From: Candidatus Krumholzibacteriia bacterium
GTDB lineage: Bacteria > Krumholzibacteriota > Krumholzibacteriia > JAJRXK01
DNA: 64,000 nucleotides
Assembly (NCBI GenBank): GCA_029932915.1
Contig: JAOZPE010000013.1
Coordinates: 17 to 64,016, forward strand
Direction of reading: 5' to 3'
The notes beneath the pieces were generated by a model. It was not told the origin of the DNA. It worked only from the letters and a program-made list of their open reading frames with translations, and ran no database searches. Both the position numbers and the translations under genes were made by a program. How positions within the stretch are numbered: position 1 is the first letter of the stretch; every line of letters starts with the position of its first letter. Below, piece by piece: positions 36,430-46,759 of this stretch.

Positions 36430-39400
36430 GCTTCGCCGCCGCTGGAGCGTCATGGGCCGGGCGCAGGCGGGCGAAGTAGGTGCCCGAGGCCAGCGGTACT
36501 CCCCGATCGTCGCGTCCGTCGAAGCGCACTTCCTGGTCCCCTCTGCTGAGCGGGCCGTTCAAGAGGGTGCGCACCCGCCGGCCGTGCAGGTCGATGATAT
36601 CGAGTTGGACCCACTGGTCCTGGGAGAGCGAGAAGGCCAGGGTCGTGCGGGGGTTGAAGGGATTGGGACAGGCCTTCACGCTCGACAGTTGGAGGCCAGG
36701 CGCAACCGAAGGCGCCGCGGTGGTCACCCCCTCGTCACAGAACCAGCCGTCGACCCAGCCGTAGTTGGTGCCCTGGGCGGTGTGCAACCAGAAGGTCCCC
36801 AGCCGGGGACCGCCGTGCTGGGCAGCCAGGACCGGAGCGAGGTTGAGTTCGACGCCGTCGGGATTGAGCCGGCGCCGGGGATAGAAGACCCTGCCATTGC
36901 CTCCTCGCAGGTAGAATTGGTCGGGGTCTCCGGAGATCGTGCTCATCAGGTAGAAGTTGCCGGGGCCCTGGGCATCGACGATCACCTGCTCGATGCTTCC
37001 ATTGGTGGGGCGGGTTCGGATGGGGCCGGGCACTCCGGCCGAGACCAGACAGGTCTGCAGGACGGGCGCCGTGCGGTTCGTCGAGTTGTCGAGGACCCAG
37101 GCCACAAGCAGGTCTCCATTGCCGTCGTAGGCGACCGTGGGTGAATCGAGGAAGAGGCCGAAGGTGATCACCTGGGGCACATCCCAGCTTCCATTGCGGA
37201 AGTACTGCAGGCAGAGATCACTGACCCCGGGAATCCACGAGTTGCGCACGAAGACCATGGCCGCTCCGTCGTCGATGGCCGCAAGGTCGGGGTGATGGGC
37301 GTTGTCTCCGGAGGGAGGATCGAGACAGATGGCCGAGGACTCGGTCAGGTAGACGCTGCGCAGATGCGTCGCCCCGGGATTGCCGTCCTCGACCACGGCC
37401 AGGAATCCACCGTCATCGAGGGCGGTGATGACCGGCCACGAGAGTACGGGACTCGAGAAGCTGAACGAATAGGAAGCCCACGGGAGGAGACTTCCGTCGG
37501 CATCGAAGCCGCGGCAACGCAGATAGTCGCCGCTGGCGGCGTTCACGATGCAGGCCATCAGATCGTTGCCGCCAGTGTCCACGGTGTAGGTGAGTTGTGA
37601 GGCGGCCGTGTTCGTCAGCACTTCGAGTTGCCGTGACGAGATCCCACCGGGGCCACGGACATGGCGCTCGAAGGAGGAGACGTTGACGTTCTGGTTGTAG
37701 AAGAGCAGGGCGAAGCGGCAGTTCCCCTCTGGGTCGAAGGCCATCCTCCGTGGACTTCCCACGATGTCGATGCCATTGCCGTCGGTGATCGACTCCACCG
37801 TGTCGCAACTCGGCGGCATTCCCACCCCGAATGCGTTGGCGAGCTCGGCTCGATCGCTTCCATCGAGAGATGCGTGGAGATCCCAGGCCCCGATGGAGGC
37901 TCCCGAGAGATCGAACCATCCACCGACCAGGCCCGAGTTGAAGACGCCGAGTCCGCCCAGGGGAATCGAGTCCTCGTTGCGGCGCAGGCTGAACTGGTAG
38001 CTCGAGTCGAGGTAGTCACCGAACACCAGGACATAGGGCACTTCCGCGGGCTGGGCCGCATCGGGCGAGCATCCGAAGAGCAGCGGTCGAGGCGGCTGAC
38101 CCTGAGGGTTCACGCCGAGGGCGTAGATGTCGTCCCTGGTGGGAGTGTCCGTCAGGTGGCGCCTCCATACGAAGTGGGCGCCTCCCTTGCGGTCGCCCAC
38201 GACATGGATGTCATCGATCTCGTCGTTTCCAGTGGCGTCGAAGAGATGGGTATCGAGCCACAGCACGTTGGAGAAACCGTCGAAGCGAAGGCCGGCCAGG
38301 GATTCATCTCCCATGTTCCAATCGTGGAAGGCGACGATGCCCCCGCCGAATCCATCGACGTCGATCCGGGCTCCGTCGAACGATTCATTGCTTCCTCCAG
38401 GGGTGGCGGCGGTGATGCCCGCGCTACCCCAGGGGAAGGTTCCATCGACATTGACGCGCTGGACATAGATGTCGACATCGGATTGGACGACGTACATTCC
38501 GCCGGCCCCGTCCCGGCAGATCCGGGGATCGGTGTCCACATCCCAGCCGCTGGGGCCCGCCATCTGGAGGACGATCCCATTGGCAGCCCAGGTCTCATTC
38601 CCTGCGGCATCGAGATGCTGACCGTAGGCGCGCTCACCACCGGAGGTCACGACATAGGCACCGCCGTTGGTGTCATCGACGATCTGCGCATGATAGGCAT
38701 TGACGTGCCAGAAGCCGGGCTGTTGCCACACCATGTGACCGTCCGCTCCCCACAGGGCCGATCCGTTGCCGTCGACGCGCTGGGCACCGATCTCCTCGGA
38801 GAAGGTGCCGTAGTTCAGGTATTCATCCCTGTCGTAACGGTACCAGGCGAGGAGGACGCCGCCCTGGCCATCGCTTCGCATGTCGAACTCGCATCTCCAG
38901 ACCTTGTCCTCGTAGAAGGAGTTGACGTCGGTGCTCCAGACCAGGCCACCGTCGGTGTCGTAGCGGGTGGCGATGAGGTGGGAATGGCTCGATGGGGCAT
39001 AGCCGACGGTGATGCCTACGCCGGCTTCGGGCACGAGCCGTACACCGGCGGTTCCCACATTGGGGCCCAGATCGGCGACATTCACGCTCCAGGTGACCGT
39101 TCCGGAGGGATCGTAGTGGACGAGACGAAGCACGTTGACGCTGGAGTAGATGTCAGCGAGGGCGCAGTAGGCGCCGCCGTTTCCGTCGGATGAGACCGCG
39201 AGCGGTCTGGATTGGTACTCGGCGTTCCAGGTGAGGGGAACGGGGGTTCCCGTATCGCCCCACATCCTCGTTCCCGTCCGCGACAGGCGCGAGACTCGGG
39301 CCCACAGTGGATCTGTGCCTCGGTCGAGATAGAAGACGAGGGTTCCTTCGACCCCATCGGAGGAGACGGCGAAGTCATGGATGTCGGTGGTCGAGGAGAA

Positions 39401-39556
39401 GACCTCGGTCCAGTTGCCATGGGACCAGGCGGCCATCGCCGGTCGGGCGACGAAAGAGAGAAGAATGCAGGAGAGAAAGCTCAGAAACAGTTCGGCGGCG
39501 GCCATGCCGAGGGGACGAACGCGGTGCCGCCGGAGGGGACGTGGATGCTGGGACAT
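36413..39556 (-). CDS. Large secreted beta-propeller/Ig protein with FlgD-Ig C-terminal domain (paralog 1)
   Basis: Signal peptide ending AMA-AWSHG; repeated DGxGG blades; C-terminal PNPFNPRTT...KLTLLK. Confidence 0.85.
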   Translation of the reverse strand: MSQHPRPLRRHRVRPLGMAAAELFLSFLSCILLSFVARPAMAAWSHGNWTEVFSSTTDIHDFAVSSDGVEGTLVFYLDRGTDPLWARVSRLSRTGTRMWGDTGTPVPLTWNAEYQSRPLAVSSDGNGGAYCALADIYSSVNVLRLVHYDPSGTVTWSVNVADLGPNVGTAGVRLVPEAGVGITVGYAPSSHSHLIATRYDTDGGLVWSTDVNSFYEDKVWRCEFDMRSDGQGGVLLAWYRYDRDEYLNYGTFSEEIGAQRVDGNGSALWGADGHMVWQQPGFWHVNAYHAQIVDDTNGGAYVVTSGGERAYGQHLDAAGNETWAANGIVLQMAGPSGWDVDTDPRICRDGAGGMYVVQSDVDIYVQRVNVDGTFPWGSAGITAATPGGSNESFDGARIDVDGFGGGIVAFHDWNMGDESLAGLRFDGFSNVLWLDTHLFDATGNDEIDDIHVVGDRKGGAHFVWRRHLTDTPTRDDIYALGVNPQGQPPRPLLFGCSPDAAQPAEVPYVLVFGDYLDSSYQFSLRRNEDSIPLGGLGVFNSGLVGGWFDLSGASIGAWDLHASLDGSDRAELANAFGVGMPPSCDTVESITDGNGIDIVGSPRRMAFDPEGNCRFALLFYNQNVNVSSFERHVRGPGGISSRQLEVLTNTAASQLTYTVDTGGNDLMACIVNAASGDYLRCRGFDADGSLLPWASYSFSFSSPVLSWPVITALDDGGFLAVVEDGNPGATHLRSVYLTESSAICLDPPSGDNAHHPDLAAIDDGAAMVFVRNSWIPGVSDLCLQYFRNGSWDVPQVITFGLFLDSPTVAYDGNGDLLVAWVLDNSTNRTAPVLQTCLVSAGVPGPIRTRPTNGSIEQVIVDAQGPGNFYLMSTISGDPDQFYLRGGNGRVFYPRRRLNPDGVELNLAPVLAAQHGGPRLGTFWLHTAQGTNYGWVDGWFCDEGVTTAAPSVAPGLQLSSVKACPNPFNPRTTLAFSLSQDQWVQLDIIDLHGRRVRTLLNGPLSRGDQEVRFDGRDDRGVPLASGTYFARLRPAHDAPAAAKLTLLK

Positions 39557-39751
39557 CGGACACCTCCACGGAAGATCAGGGCTCTATTCGGAGAACACGC
39601 GAGCGGGGCCGGACGGCAAGGCGGGAGTCCGGCTTCTGCGTCGATCCGGACCCAGGATTCAGGCGTGGAATCGGTGGAATGTCCCATGAAGCATCGGATT
39701 CGGCGGTTTGTCCCGGTTCAGGCCTGGTGGGGAGAGGAGGGGGAATGGGCG

Positions 39752-39870
39752 CAGCGCATCTCCAGGGAAATGCGCCGCGCCCCGGCCGCGGGAGAATGCT
39801 CGAGTCTCAGCATCGTACTCCCCATCCTCCCGCGGTCATGCGGCGCCGCCGGACTATTTCAACAGGGTGA
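39752..39870 (+). pseudogene. Degraded remnant of a CHAT gene 3' end
   Basis: Colinear with 36310-36429 (QRISREMRRAPAAGECSSLSIVL...AVMRRRRTISTG* versus QRIPLKLRRSLHARWYLGLGLVL...AVIWRRRTISAR*) with a 1-nt deletion. Confidence 0.6.
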
Positions 39871-42800
39871 GCTTGGCCGTGGCCGGAGCGTCACGGGCCG
39901 GCCGCAGGCGCGCGAAGTAGGTGCCCGAGGCCAGTGGCACTCCCTGATCGTCGCGGCCATCGAACTGCACTTCCTGGTCACCTTCGGTGAGCGGACCGTT
40001 CAGGAGGCTGCGGACCCGCCGGCCGTGCAGGTCGATGACATCGAGTTGGACCCACTGGTCCTGCGAGAGCGAGAAGGCCACCGTCGTCCGCGGATTGAAG
40101 GGATTGGGATAGGCCTTCACAGAGACGGACAGGAGGCTGGGCGTGAGCTCTGGCGCACCGGTGGTCACCCCTTCGCTGCAGAACCATCCCATCAGGGCAT
40201 TGCCCGCGTCGGGAACGTTGTAGCTCTGCCACATGGCCGCTATCCGCGCTCCTCCGTGCTGGGCCGCGAACAGCGGCCAGTCGCTGTCGTCGTCGGCGTT
40301 CAGCCGCAGCTTGGGATAGAAGACCTCGCCGTTTCCTCCCCGCAGGAAGAACTGCATCGGCTGGCTGGTCTCCTGGGTGAGCAGGTAGAAGTTGCCCGGT
40401 CCCTGCGCGTCGGCCTGCACGCGCAGGATGCTGCCCTCAGTGGCCCGGCTGCGGATGGGACCGAGTGTGCCGTTGGTGACCAGGCAGGTCTGCAGGATGG
40501 GCGCCGATCCGTTGCCCGAGTTGTCCAGGATCCAGGCCAACAGCAGGCCACCGTCCGAATCACAGCTCACCGTCGGTGACTTCAGCTCGAAGGCGAAGGT
40601 CACCACCTGTGTGCTTTCCCAGGCGCCGTTGCGGTAGTACTGGAGGTTGAGATCAGTGACCCCGGGGATCCAGGAGTTGGTGAGGTAGACCATGGCCAGA
40701 CCGTCCGGCAGGACCGCCAGATCGGGAGCATGGGCGTTGGTGGCGGTGAGGGGAAAGGAGAGGTCGGAACCGTACTCATCGATCACGAGGTGATCGAGGC
40801 CCATGGATCCGGGGGTTCCCTGTTCGCAGACGAGGTGGACCTTGCCGTCGGTGGCGACGACCATGACCGGATTCTGCACGTCCGGGGTGAGGGAATGTTC
40901 AACACGAGCTGACGAGATCTCCGTGCCGTCCTCGTAGTACGCGTCGTAGACCAGGTAGTCGATGTCGTTGACGTGGTCCACGTAGGCGATGAGGTTGTGG
41001 TCGTTGGGATCGACGGTGAAGGCCAGATCATTCACCGTGTTTCCAGGGATCCCGCAGAGATAGGTGAAAGTGGTCGGTGAGTTCAGGTCGTTGCTGCCGA
41101 CGTAGATGACCGATTCGTCCGCCTGGAGATCATAGTTGAGAACCCCGAAGCGGCAGTCTCCATTGGAGTCGAAGTCCATCTTCCGCCGGGTTCCGGAATT
41201 CTCGGCGGTCACATAGGAAGCGATCAGCTCTTCGCTGTCGCAACTCGGCGGCATTCCCACCCCGAAGGCGTTGGGCAGGGTCGAGTGGTCGTTTCCGTCG
41301 AGGGTGGCGTAGAGGTCGTAGGCACCGATCGGAGAATGGGCGAAGTCGTACCAGCCGCCGATCAGGTCGGAGCTGACCACTCCGATGCCGGTCATGTGCA
41401 CGGTCTTGTTACCCTTGCGCAGGTTGTAGTCATAGGTTTCATCGAGGTACTCGCCGAAGAGCCATACGGGAAGGACCTGGCCGGGCTCGGCCGCGTCCGG
41501 GGAGAAGCCGTAGAGTACCGGCTCGGGCAGCTGGCCCTGGGGATTCACCCCGAGCGCGTAGATGTCGTCCTTCTCCGGTTCGTCGCTCACATGGCGCTTC
41601 CACACATAGTGGGCGCCGCCCCGCATGTCCGAGACCACGTGGAGTTCCTGGATCTCGTCGTTGCCGGCGGCATCGAAGAGCTGCTTGTCGTTCCACAGGA
41701 CCGTGCCGAAACCATCGAAGCGCAGTCCTCCGAGCGATCTGGCGCCGTCATCCCACCGGAGCCATCCGACGACGGCGCCGCCGAAGCCGTCTTCGGCGAT
41801 ACACCCCGAGCTGAAACTCTCGGTCGGTGAGGATGTGGCCGCGGCGATGATGCCGTTGCTTCCCCACTGGGAGCTTCCGTTGATGTCGATCCGCTGGGCG
41901 TAGATATCGCCGTAGTTCTGGATGAGGTACAGGCCGCCCGCCCCGTCCCGGCAGATCCGGGGGTAAGTGTCGATGTCCCAGCCGGCACCGGAGGTCTCCT
42001 GCAGCACGACGCCACCGGCGGCCCAGGTCTCGTTTCCCGCGGCGTCCAGGTGCTGGCCATAGGTCTTGGCATCGGCGGAGGTGACCACGTAGGCCCCGCC
42101 CGCCGCGTCGGCGATGACATGCGCGTGGTAGAAGTGCAGGGCCGGGAAACCGGGCTCCTCCCACACCAGATGGCCGTCGCTTCCCCACAGGACGTTTCCC
42201 GCGCTGTCGATCTTCTGGACTCCGATCTGCTCGAAGTACACGCCATCCTGCTCATAGGCATCGGGATCGTAGCGATACCAGGCGAAGAGGACGCCGCCCT
42301 GGCCGTCGCGCTGCATGTCGAAATCGGTGGTACTCCCGGCGGCGGTGCTCACCTGGATGTTGTGCACGTAGTGCTCGGTGACGCTGGCAGACCACAGGAG
42401 GTTTCCGTCGGGGTCGTAGCGGGTGGCGGTCAGGGTGTAGATCGACGCGGCATAGCCGACGGTGACCCCGATGCCCGGTTCGTATACGAGCTGGACACCG
42501 GCCGTGCCCGGGTTCTGGCCTACGTATCCGAAGTCCTTCGCCCACAGCATGGTTCCACTCGCGTCGAAGCGTCCCAGGCGGAAATAGGCCTCCAGGTCGT
42601 GCCACTCCGACCAGACGCAATAGGCTCCCCCGTTGCCGTCCGGTGCGATGGCGATGGGGTAGACCTGGTTCGTGCTGTTGATGTTGAAGGGAATGAGGCT
42701 TCCCTCGTCTCCCCACAGCTCCGATCCGGTGCGCGAAAGGCGGGAGATCAGCGAGCGGGTGGGCATGAGCTCCCGGTTCTGGTACATGACCAGGGTTCCC

Positions 42801-42991
42801 TCCCCACCATCGGAGGAGACCGCGAAGTCGTGGATCGTGGTCGTCGAGGTGAAGACCTCGGTCCAGTTGCCGTGGGACCAGGCCGCCTGGGCCGTGCCGG
42901 CCCCCGTGGTGACGAGGGTGAGGAAGAGGAATGTGGCGAGGACGGCGACAGAGCGGCCACCGGAAGGGAATGGATGTCGACGCTGAGACAT
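39854..42991 (-). CDS. Large secreted beta-propeller/Ig protein with FlgD-Ig C-terminal domain (paralog 2)
   Basis: Colinear with 36413-39556 from AWSHGNWTEVF to AKLTLLK; GAGGTG RBS supports start 42991. Confidence 0.85.
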   Translation of the reverse strand: MSQRRHPFPSGGRSVAVLATFLFLTLVTTGAGTAQAAWSHGNWTEVFTSTTTIHDFAVSSDGGEGTLVMYQNRELMPTRSLISRLSRTGSELWGDEGSLIPFNINSTNQVYPIAIAPDGNGGAYCVWSEWHDLEAYFRLGRFDASGTMLWAKDFGYVGQNPGTAGVQLVYEPGIGVTVGYAASIYTLTATRYDPDGNLLWSASVTEHYVHNIQVSTAAGSTTDFDMQRDGQGGVLFAWYRYDPDAYEQDGVYFEQIGVQKIDSAGNVLWGSDGHLVWEEPGFPALHFYHAHVIADAAGGAYVVTSADAKTYGQHLDAAGNETWAAGGVVLQETSGAGWDIDTYPRICRDGAGGLYLIQNYGDIYAQRIDINGSSQWGSNGIIAAATSSPTESFSSGCIAEDGFGGAVVGWLRWDDGARSLGGLRFDGFGTVLWNDKQLFDAAGNDEIQELHVVSDMRGGAHYVWKRHVSDEPEKDDIYALGVNPQGQLPEPVLYGFSPDAAEPGQVLPVWLFGEYLDETYDYNLRKGNKTVHMTGIGVVSSDLIGGWYDFAHSPIGAYDLYATLDGNDHSTLPNAFGVGMPPSCDSEELIASYVTAENSGTRRKMDFDSNGDCRFGVLNYDLQADESVIYVGSNDLNSPTTFTYLCGIPGNTVNDLAFTVDPNDHNLIAYVDHVNDIDYLVYDAYYEDGTEISSARVEHSLTPDVQNPVMVVATDGKVHLVCEQGTPGSMGLDHLVIDEYGSDLSFPLTATNAHAPDLAVLPDGLAMVYLTNSWIPGVTDLNLQYYRNGAWESTQVVTFAFELKSPTVSCDSDGGLLLAWILDNSGNGSAPILQTCLVTNGTLGPIRSRATEGSILRVQADAQGPGNFYLLTQETSQPMQFFLRGGNGEVFYPKLRLNADDDSDWPLFAAQHGGARIAAMWQSYNVPDAGNALMGWFCSEGVTTGAPELTPSLLSVSVKAYPNPFNPRTTVAFSLSQDQWVQLDVIDLHGRRVRSLLNGPLTEGDQEVQFDGRDDQGVPLASGTYFARLRPARDAPATAKLTLLK

Positions 42992-43317
42992 GGGCACCTC
43001 CGTGCGGAAGTAGGAGTACGGAGGTGGAACACCCGGCCCGGGCCGATTGGCAAGAAGTTGATCGACAGAGATGTCCCCAGGGCCAACGATCACCCGTCCA
43101 ATCCCGCCAAGTCCACCGATGGAAAGAACTTGGCCGGACCTTTCCTGCTGCCCTTCCGGCCTGCCTCGCTTATACTTCACCTTCCCGGTGCCGCGGCGGG
43201 CAGGAGCTGTCGGCACCTGCCCCGCCGGGCCGGGAGCGGGACCCGCGGTGGCCCGGAGCGATCGGGAGACGCCTTTCCCGCCGGCCGGGACCGGCAGTGA
43301 AGAAGAGGAAGAACCAT

Positions 43318-44577
43318 ATGGGTTGGCAGCGGCGGTCACGGATCGTGGCTCTGGTCCTGGCCGGCGGCCAGGGACAGCGCCTGCGCCCTCTCACCGAACT
43401 GCGATCGAAGCCCGCCGTGCCCTTCGGGGGCAAGTGGCGCATCATCGACTTCGTCATGAGCAATCTGGTGAACTCGGGGATCCACGGGATCTACGTGCTC
43501 ACCCAGTACAAGGCCCAGTCGCTGCTCGAACATCTGCAGGAGACCTGGGTGCGCTCCTTCGGACCCAACAGTTTCATCACCGCGGTGCCGGCCCAGATGC
43601 AGTCGGGCCAATCGTGGTATCAGGGGACCGCCGACGCCATCCATCAGAACCTGCGTCTGCTGGACCGCTCGCGGCCCCACCTGGTGGCGGTCTTCGGCGG
43701 CGACCACGTCTACAAGATGAATGTCCGCCAGATGGTCGACTATCATCGCGAGTGCGGGGCGGTGGCCACGGTGGCCTGCATGCCGGTGCCGAGCGAAGAA
43801 GCCAGCGACTTCGGGGTGGTCAAGATCGACGGCCACCGGCGCATCGTCGAGTTCCAGGAGAAACCCGAGCATCCGGCGGAGATTCCCGGCCGTCCCGGCT
43901 GGAGTCTCATCTCCATGGGCAACTACATCTTCAACACCTCGACCCTCGTGGATTTCCTCGAGGAAGACGCGGCCGATCCCCACTCGGTCCACGACTTCGG
44001 CAAGTCCATCCTGCCCAAACTCATCGAGGTGATGCCGGTCTACGCCTACGACTTCCACCGCAATCGCATTCCCCTGGAGAGTGCGGAGGAGTCGGCCTAC
44101 TGGCGGGACATCGGAACCCTGGACGCCTACTACGAAGCCAACCTCGATCTGAAGAACGTCCAGCCCAAGCTGAACCTGTACAACTGGGACTGGCCCATCC
44201 GCAGCGTCAGCTACAGCGATCCACCGGTGAAGTTCGTCTTCGATGACGGGCACCGCCGGGGCGAGGCCATCCAGTCGACGGTCGCCGGCGGTTGCATCAT
44301 CGCCGGTGGCTACGTGAAGGATTCGGTCCTCGGACGCAACATCCTCATCGATCAGGGTGCGGTCGTGGAGAACTCCGTCGTTCTGGACAACTGTTGGATC
44401 GGACGGGGTGCCCAGGTGCGCAACGCCATCATCGACAAGAACAACCACATCGCTCCGGGCGATCGCATCGGCTACGACGCAGCACGTGATGCCGAACGTT
44501 TCCATATCTCCCCCGGAGGAATCGTCGTCGTCTCACGGGGGAAGGATTCACCGGAAAGCCGAGCCCGTGATGTCTGA
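43318..44577 (+). CDS. glgC: Glucose-1-phosphate adenylyltransferase
   Basis: LAGGQGQRLRPLT..RSKPAVPFGG, WYQGTADAI, GDHVYKM, FQEKP, SMGNY, YWRDIGT. Confidence 0.95.
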   Translation: MGWQRRSRIVALVLAGGQGQRLRPLTELRSKPAVPFGGKWRIIDFVMSNLVNSGIHGIYVLTQYKAQSLLEHLQETWVRSFGPNSFITAVPAQMQSGQSWYQGTADAIHQNLRLLDRSRPHLVAVFGGDHVYKMNVRQMVDYHRECGAVATVACMPVPSEEASDFGVVKIDGHRRIVEFQEKPEHPAEIPGRPGWSLISMGNYIFNTSTLVDFLEEDAADPHSVHDFGKSILPKLIEVMPVYAYDFHRNRIPLESAEESAYWRDIGTLDAYYEANLDLKNVQPKLNLYNWDWPIRSVSYSDPPVKFVFDDGHRRGEAIQSTVAGGCIIAGGYVKDSVLGRNILIDQGAVVENSVVLDNCWIGRGAQVRNAIIDKNNHIAPGDRIGYDAARDAERFHISPGGIVVVSRGKDSPESRARDV

Positions 44578-46759
44578 GTTCCCAAGCGGTATCCCCTCTG
44601 CATCGAACGACAACGCCGGGGAGGGTTCGCATCCGACGGCGGCCAGTGAACTGGCGATCGTCCTGCACTTCCATCAGCCGGTGGGCAACTTCGGGCATGT
44701 CTTCGAGAAGGTCGCCGACGAGTGCTATGCACCTCTGCTGGAGATGCTCTTCGCGTTCCCCGAGCTGAAGACCCATCTGCACTTCAACGCCATCCTCCTC
44801 GAATGGTTCGACCACCACCGGCCCGAATTGTTGCGTCACATCGAGAGGATGGTGCGGAGGGGCAGCACGGAACTGCTCACCGGAGGGCTGTACGAACCCA
44901 TCCTGGCCGTGCTTCCCGAGGAGGACGCGATCGGTCAGGTCCGGGCGTTGAGCATCGAACTCGAACACCGTTTCGGCCAGTACCCCAGCGGCGCGTGGTT
45001 GACCGAACGAGTGTGGGAACCGCGCATGCCCAACCCCCTGTCCCGGGCCGGGGTGAGCTACGTGGTCCTGGACGACGCCATCTTCAAGTGGGCCGGTCTC
45101 GATGAGCACCAGCTCCACGGCTACTACGTGAGCGACGACAACGGCCGGCCGCTGGCGCTCTTTCCCGGTGCGAAATCGCTGCGCTACAACATCCCCTTCC
45201 GTCCGGCCGAGAAGACCCTGGAGCTTCTCCACGGTCTGCCGTCCAACCCCGAACGCCCGCCCCTGATGGTCTATGCCGACGACGCCGAGAAGTTCGGGGA
45301 ATGGCCTGGTACCTACGAGTGGGTCTACACCAAGGGATGGCTACGCGACTTCCTGGAGAAGCTGCGGGACGACGAAGCGGTGGCGACGGTCCATCTGAGT
45401 GATCGCCTGAAGCGCTTCCCACCCCTGGGCCGGGTCTACCCGCCCACTGCGAGTTATCCGGAGATGACCGTGTGGGCTCTGCCCACGCCGGCACGGGCTC
45501 GTATGGAGCGTCTGATGAAGGGCCTGGCCGAGGACGATCCCGAGGATCTGCTGCCCCTGATGCGCGGCGGCCATTGGAGGGGTTTCCTGGCCAAGTATCC
45601 CGAGGCGAACCGTCTGCACAAGAGGATGCTCCGGGTGAGCCGCAGGCATCAGGCGCTGGAGGCGGCCGGTACCGACGACGAACGCCTGGGCCGCGCCCTG
45701 CGCGATCTCTACCGGGGCCAATGCAATGACGCCTACTGGCACGGGGTCTTCGGCGGGGTCTACCTGCCGCATCTACGGCGATCGGTCGAGAGCTTCCTCA
45801 TTCGCGCCGAGCGCGCGCTCGATCACCTCGAGAAGGGATATTTCGACTGGGTGGAGGCCCGCCCCGCCGACTTCGACGCCGATGGGGTCGATGAGGTGGA
45901 GATGGCCAATCCGCACACCCGGGTGGTGATCGACCGCAAGGGCGGCCGCCTGCTCGCGTGGGACCTGAACGCCGCCTGCGACAACTGGGTGACGGTGATG
46001 CAGCGCCACGAGGAACCCTTCCACACCGACCTGCTGGCGGGAAGGGTTCAATATGTCGACGAGAACGGCCTGCCCCTGGAACGCGATGGAGACGGCGAGG
46101 AGATCGCCACCATCCACGGGGCCATCCGGGTGAAACCGGGTGTGACGCCCGCCGATCTGGCGGTCGATCGGCACGAGCGGGTGGCCGCGATCGGCTGGTC
46201 TGCTCCCGAACTGCTGGAGCTGGACGATCCCCGGGGCATCGAGGAACTCGCGCGTCCCCTGTCGGGTATGTGGGATGTCGATGTGATCGACGAGAAGGGG
46301 ATGACCAGGATGTCCACCGAGCAGGAGGGCTTACGACTGCGGCAGGCGTATCGGCTGTCCACGGATGGGGCCTCGCTCACCGTCGAAGTGGAGATCGAAC
46401 CTGCCGAGGGCCCCCGACGTTTCCTGAGCGAGTGGAATCTCCTGATGGGGTGGACCGGGGACGACCTGGAGATCGAGGAGGGCGGGGAATTCATCCTGCG
46501 GCCGCAGGGAAGCCTCGAGAACTGTCACGCTCTCCGTTTCCGCGGTGGGGGAGACCGGACCCTTTCGGTGACGATCGATCCTCCTGCGCATGTCCACTGG
46601 GCTCCGGTCCACACCGTGTCGTCCTCGGAGGCGGGACTGGAGAAGATCGGCCAGGGAAGTTGCATCCTCTTCGATTGGCTCATCGACACGCCCCGCGATC
46701 TGCGACTGGTCCTGGAACCATCCGCTCCCGATCTGAAGGATGAGGCGATCGATGGCTGA
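44570..46759 (+). CDS. GH57 4-alpha-glucanotransferase / alpha-amylase
   Basis: HFHQP, GAWLTERVW (nucleophile), DDAEKFGEWP (acid/base), QCNDAYWHGVFGG. Confidence 0.88.
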   Translation: MSEFPSGIPSASNDNAGEGSHPTAASELAIVLHFHQPVGNFGHVFEKVADECYAPLLEMLFAFPELKTHLHFNAILLEWFDHHRPELLRHIERMVRRGSTELLTGGLYEPILAVLPEEDAIGQVRALSIELEHRFGQYPSGAWLTERVWEPRMPNPLSRAGVSYVVLDDAIFKWAGLDEHQLHGYYVSDDNGRPLALFPGAKSLRYNIPFRPAEKTLELLHGLPSNPERPPLMVYADDAEKFGEWPGTYEWVYTKGWLRDFLEKLRDDEAVATVHLSDRLKRFPPLGRVYPPTASYPEMTVWALPTPARARMERLMKGLAEDDPEDLLPLMRGGHWRGFLAKYPEANRLHKRMLRVSRRHQALEAAGTDDERLGRALRDLYRGQCNDAYWHGVFGGVYLPHLRRSVESFLIRAERALDHLEKGYFDWVEARPADFDADGVDEVEMANPHTRVVIDRKGGRLLAWDLNAACDNWVTVMQRHEEPFHTDLLAGRVQYVDENGLPLERDGDGEEIATIHGAIRVKPGVTPADLAVDRHERVAAIGWSAPELLELDDPRGIEELARPLSGMWDVDVIDEKGMTRMSTEQEGLRLRQAYRLSTDGASLTVEVEIEPAEGPRRFLSEWNLLMGWTGDDLEIEEGGEFILRPQGSLENCHALRFRGGGDRTLSVTIDPPAHVHWAPVHTVSSSEAGLEKIGQGSCILFDWLIDTPRDLRLVLEPSAPDLKDEAIDG

